A DNA stretch of 30,217 nucleotides from Leidyana gryllorum EB-2025a. Lineage: Eukaryota > Protista > Apicomplexa. The notes beneath the pieces are model-generated. The model was not told the DNA's origin. It made no database searches and worked only from the letters and a program-made list of their open reading frames with translations. The stretch spans positions 1 to 30,217 of the forward strand of contig JBLWGC010000013.1 in assembly GCA_048772705.1 (NCBI GenBank). Reading direction: 5' to 3'. This document shows positions 27,120 through 30,217 of this stretch, piece after piece. A program made the position numbers and the translations under genes. Positions within the stretch are counted from its first letter, which is position 1, and each line of letters opens with the position of its first letter.

Positions 27120-27431
27120 GCAGTCTTGTTGGTTCGTCGCTCCACGCGTTTTTTGTCCGTGAAGTTTCGAGAAGGAAGACTTTCGCGGTTGAAGTCCGGC
27201 GCGTTGACGAGCGTCCGAGATAAAGTAGTGGTCAGGACTTCTGCCTGTCACGCGGAAGATCCGGGTTCGATGCCCGGTGTCGGAGATTGTCTCCTTTGGT
27301 TGCCGCTGAAAGTTGCAAGCTACAGCCACGGAGGATCGAACTACGTCGTAACCGCTAGACCATGGCTGCACGGATGGTCCCCGCAGCCCAAGGGATAGCG
27401 AAGTTTCACGAAGTAGTGAGGACCAGTTCCA

Positions 27432-27503
27432 AGGTCGCGCCGGGAATCGAACCCAGGTCGGGAGATTCAAAGTCTCCAGTGCTAACCACTACACCACGCA
27501 ACC
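27432..27503 (-). tRNA. tRNA-Gln(TTG)
   Basis: Mirror of 11205-11276. Confidence 0.95.
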
Positions 27504-27747
27504 ATTCAGCCCATCCTAAAAGAGTCGGTACAGCCATCCGGACCAGCGCACCTTCGGTCGGGATTCCCGTGCGGGACTGTTAGTGGTGTAGGTACACCCC
27601 CTTCTCGATGTCAGTATTTGCCTTTGGAATGACTGCTTGGCGGGGTGGACGAAGGTCGGAGTGGCCGGTTCAGTACCAATCATAAGGCTTTGCTGAACAC
27701 ATCAGTCGGCTCCTTCGGCTAGTGACTGTTGACCTCAACTCTGAAGC

Positions 27748-27821
27748 GGTGGCTCATTTCAGGCGGTCAGAGCGTGAGCCTAATAAGTTCTGAGTCCGCG
27801 GTTGGAGCCCGGGCGTCACCT
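27748..27821 (+). pseudogene. tRNA-Ile(AAT) pseudogene
   Basis: Diverged mirror of 10887-10960; loop CTAATAA. Confidence 0.65.
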
Positions 27822-28041
27822 TGATATAGAGTTGCCCTCGACCCGAGGAAGCCCCAATATTCCACGACCAATCCGGATGAAATCCGTTATTAAGTCCGAG
27901 CTTCCTTGCCACCCAGCTCAGTCGGTAGAGCGCCAGCCTTTTGAGAGGAGAACCGCAGGTTCGGGCAGCGCGAGAAGTCCGAGTCGAGCTTGCTGAACCG
28001 TATGTGACGGCACTGGGCGCAAGATGCCCAGTTGGACAGGT

Positions 28042-28122
28042 GGCAACTTGCCCGAGTGGTTAGGGGGTAGACTAGAAATCTACTGGGCCTGGCCCGCGCT
28101 GGTTCAAATCCAGCAGTTGTCG
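28042..28122 (+). tRNA. tRNA-Ser(AGA)
   Basis: As 1563-1644 but with a 1-nt shorter D loop. Confidence 0.85.
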
Positions 28123-28204
28123 TGCGATGTGATTGGAGGGTCAGACAACAACTCACGCCTGAAACCCCAGAATGGTACCTCAATCAACCACCTGCCATCT
28201 TCTC

Positions 28205-28275
28205 TGCATCTGCCGGGAATCGAACCTGGGTCGTCTCGGTGGCAACGACACAGTCTACCACTAAACCACAGATGC
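28205..28275 (-). pseudogene. tRNA-Gly(GCC), degenerate
   Basis: Anticodon- and T-stem mismatches. Confidence 0.78.
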
Positions 28276-28401
28276 GTGACACCTCCATGCCTGAATACAA
28301 AGCGAAGGGTCTTAACTACTCCAGGCAGATACATAAAAACCAGGCTCATCGGATACGTGTTTCCAGAGACACACGCCCCTTTCGCAGTCCGGAAGCTCCG
28401 T

Positions 28402-28474
28402 GCAGCCATGGTCTAGTGGTCACGACGTCTGCTTAACACGCAGAAGGTCCCGAGTTCAATCCTCTGTGGCTGTA
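28402..28474 (+). tRNA. tRNA-Val(AAC), one T-stem mismatch
   Basis: TCTGC-TTAACAC-GCAGA. Confidence 0.8.
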
Positions 28475-28526
28475 ACACGCATCTTTCAGGTGAGCATCAC
28501 GAAATCTAGAGCGGAAGACGACCTAT

Positions 28527-28598
28527 CTCCGAGACCGGGAATCAAACCCGGGTCTTCCGCGTGACAGGCGGAAATACTAGCCACTACACTATCTCGGC
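28527..28598 (-). pseudogene. tRNA-Asp(GTC), mildly degenerate
   Basis: G1:A72, C56->T. Confidence 0.75.
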
Positions 28599-28883
28599 CG
28601 CTCTGAACACGCCGGCCTCCAACCCAAAAGGTCCTTCCATTTTGTTGTGCAGACCCGTCGCATTTTGTTGATTCTCAACATAGTATGACCACTCTCGCGA
28701 CTGTGCTCACCGGGTTGCACGACCGACAGGCGGCTGTCGGTCTAGTGGTATGATTTTTCATTCGGGTGCAAGAAGTCCTGGGTTCGGTTCCCAGAACAGC
28801 CCCGTTGGTCGTCGGTTGACCCGACGCTCCACCTCATCTCAAGATGGTACGGCTCTCATCCGAAGCCTCAGCTCGGGCGCTCG

Positions 28884-28956
28884 TCCACTGTAGTACAAGT
28901 GGCTAGGATATGCGGATTTCACCCGCACGATCCGGGTTCAAGTCCCGGCAGTGGAA
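28884..28956 (+). pseudogene. tRNA-Glu(TTC), mildly degenerate
   Basis: D-stem change, A32. Confidence 0.72.
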
Positions 28957-29032
28957 GTCATTGAACTGCTCGAGCAAAGTGCTCCAGTAATCTCCGTCAA
29001 TAGTGACTCTTTCGTTATCTCCGCCCTGTATT

Positions 29033-29104
29033 GCCTTCTTAGCTTAGGGGCTGAGCATTCGCTTAGTAAGCGAAAGGCCGCCGGTTCGATTCCGGCAGAA
29101 GGCT
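29033..29104 (+). tRNA. tRNA-Thr(AGT)
   Basis: One D-loop difference from 729-800. Confidence 0.8.
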
Positions 29105-29248
29105 CGACTCCATCCACTGGGCACCTGCAAGCTTATCGCAAACTCCAATGATCGTAGCTGAGCCTCGTAGCTCAGCCATCAGAGGGTAAATCTCTTAGCC
29201 ACGAAGCCGCAGGTTTGGAACCTGCCAGCACCTGAGGCACCCATAGGG

Positions 29249-29320
29249 GGCTGTTTGGTCTAGTTATATGATTCTTCTTTCGGGTGGAAGAAGTCCTGGG
29301 TTCGATTCCCAGAACAGCCC
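29249..29320 (+). pseudogene. tRNA-Pro(CGG), D-loop GG lost
   Basis: TAGTTATATG in place of TAGTGGTATG. Confidence 0.75.
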
Positions 29321-29395
29321 GCTTTGTTGTATCTTGACCCAACCTGCCTGACAGCATGGTTCTGGGTTCGGGTGATTCTTCGGAGACAGTCGGGG

Positions 29396-29468
29396 GGGAG
29401 TGTAGCGCAGTCGGTAGCGCGTAGGTCTCATAATCCTGAAGTCGAGAGTTCGATCCTCTCCACTCCCA
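29396..29468 (+). tRNA. tRNA-Met(CAT), elongator
   Basis: Identical to 23366-23438. Confidence 0.95.
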
Positions 29469-29650
29469 GGGTCGGAATCGAAATCGCCGACAAACTCATC
29501 ATGCTATCGTTTTGCATCTGTCGGGAATCGCACACGGGTTATCTTGATGGCAGCGAGAGACTCTTCCACTAGACCACAGATGCAGAACACGATCCTGTTG
29601 ACTCTTGTACCTGGTGACAGCCATTCTTTATAAGTCTATCGATGCATCAA

Positions 29651-29722
29651 AGCCTTCTGCCGGAATCGAGCCGGCGCCTTCTCGCTTACGAAGCGAACGC
29701 TCTGCCCCTAAGCTTCGAAGGC
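29651..29722 (-). pseudogene. tRNA-Thr(CGT), degenerate
   Basis: Positions 7-8 and 54 altered. Confidence 0.75.
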
Positions 29723-29798
29723 AATGTAAGTTGGAGATAACGAAACGATGGCTACTGACGGAAATTAGTGGAGCACTTTGCTCGAGTACTTCAATGAC

Positions 29799-29871
29799 TT
29801 CCACTGCCGGGACTTGAACCCGGATCGTGCGGGTGAAAGCCGCATATCCTAGCCACTTAGACTACAGTGCA
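29799..29871 (-). tRNA. tRNA-Glu(TTC), one acceptor mismatch
   Basis: C2->G compared with 580-652. Confidence 0.75.
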
Positions 29872-30100
29872 CAAGTGCTCGAGTTTAGGCTTCGGCCGAG
29901 AGCCGAACCGTCTCGGAATTCCACCATCAATACGACTGGAATTTGTTACCAAGTCCGAGCTTTCTTGCCGCCCCAACTCCGTCAGTAGAGTGCAAGACTT
30001 TTGAAGGGAGAACCGCGGGTTCGGGCGGCGCGAGCAGTCCTAGTAAAGCTTGCTGAACCGTATGTGAAGCCACTGGCCGCAAAATGCCAAGTTCGACAAC

Positions 30101-30182
30101 GGCAACTTGCCCGAGTGGTTAAGGGGGTAGACTCGAAATCTACTGGGCCGGGCCCGCGCTGGTTCAAATCCAGCAGTTGTCG
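30101..30182 (+). tRNA. tRNA-Ser(CGA)
   Basis: GTAGA-CTCGAAA-TCTAC; intact. Confidence 0.95.
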
Positions 30183-30217
30183 TGCGATGTGATCGGGCAT
30201 CAACTCCCTTCGGTCGA

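Larger units (their letters stand above)
25012..27750 (-). repeat. Right arm of ~2.74 kb near-perfect inverted repeat
   Basis: Reverse complement of 10958-13696, including all of its pseudogenes. Confidence 0.96.
28884..30190 (+). repeat. Direct repeat of ~580-1651, with an extra Pro-psi + Met segment
   Basis: Same Glu-Thr-Asn(psi)...Gly(psi)-Thr-Glu-Lys(psi)-Ser order and the same spacers. Confidence 0.9.
9679..30217. repeat. tRNA gene/pseudogene array, right segment
   Basis: ~130 tRNA-derived segments in shuffled, duplicated cassettes. Confidence 0.95.

Noticed and set aside
10958-27750. Large DNA transposon with terminal inverted repeats
   Set aside because: No transposase or TSD; homology continues beyond the arm boundaries; arms and spacer are ordinary array sequence.
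58-30203. Well over a hundred short ORFs (60-226 aa) outside gag/pol, many repeated
   Set aside because: They overlap tRNA genes on both strands, often use non-ATG starts and show no protein motifs. Their repetition follows the DNA duplications.
1-30217. CRISPR-like repeat-spacer array
   Set aside because: The repeated units are 71-84 nt cloverleaf tRNAs of many types in both orientations, the spacers are themselves repeated, and there are no cas genes.
1-30217. Bacterial, phage or organellar tRNA array
   Set aside because: CCA ends are not encoded. A34 anticodons (AGC, AGT, AGA, AAC), eukaryotic iMet features, a 37/38 intron and an LTR retrotransposon all indicate a eukaryotic nuclear locus.
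9679-30217. tRNA-derived SINE family
   Set aside because: Copies span all isotypes, lack a common body, tail or individual TSDs, and duplicate as multi-gene DNA blocks.
1-30217. 5S rRNA, U6, 7SL or tRNA-Sec within the Pol III cluster
   Set aside because: No recognisable sequence found by eye. An Rfam/Infernal scan would be needed to exclude divergent copies.
1-30217. Assigning a host species (a protist such as a gregarine apicomplexan was considered)
   Set aside because: Compatible with the tRNA and element features, but not demonstrable without a database search.

Overview
This window is eukaryotic DNA with two components. (1) About 23 kb (1-2865 and 9679-30217) is a very dense, scrambled tRNA gene array. 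A hand count gives roughly 150 tRNA-derived segments, one per ~150 bp, on both strands. About 45 fold as intact cloverleaves; the rest are pseudogenes or fragments. All 20 amino acids plus initiator Met are represented, but Trp, Tyr and iMet only as damaged copies. The array is built from multi-tRNA cassettes reused in direct and inverted orientation. These include a short-spacer palindrome at 1-1923 and a ~2.74 kb near-perfect inverted repeat (10958-13696 / 25012-27750). (2) A 6.8 kb Ty3/gypsy LTR retrotransposon with a chromodomain (2866-9678, minus strand) is inserted in the array with a 5-bp target-site duplication (TSD), GTCCT. It has intact gag and pol (PR-RT-RH-IN-chromodomain) linked by a likely -1 frameshift at C CCT TTT. 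Its 5' LTR is 600 bp, its 3' LTR is internally deleted to 115 bp, it has a PPT, and its primer-binding site matches the 3' end of the tRNA-Phe encoded in the same array. The many short ORFs outside the element are translations of tRNA DNA and are not called as genes. The host cannot be named from the sequence alone. Coordinates were read by hand and may be off by a few nt, especially for degenerate copies.
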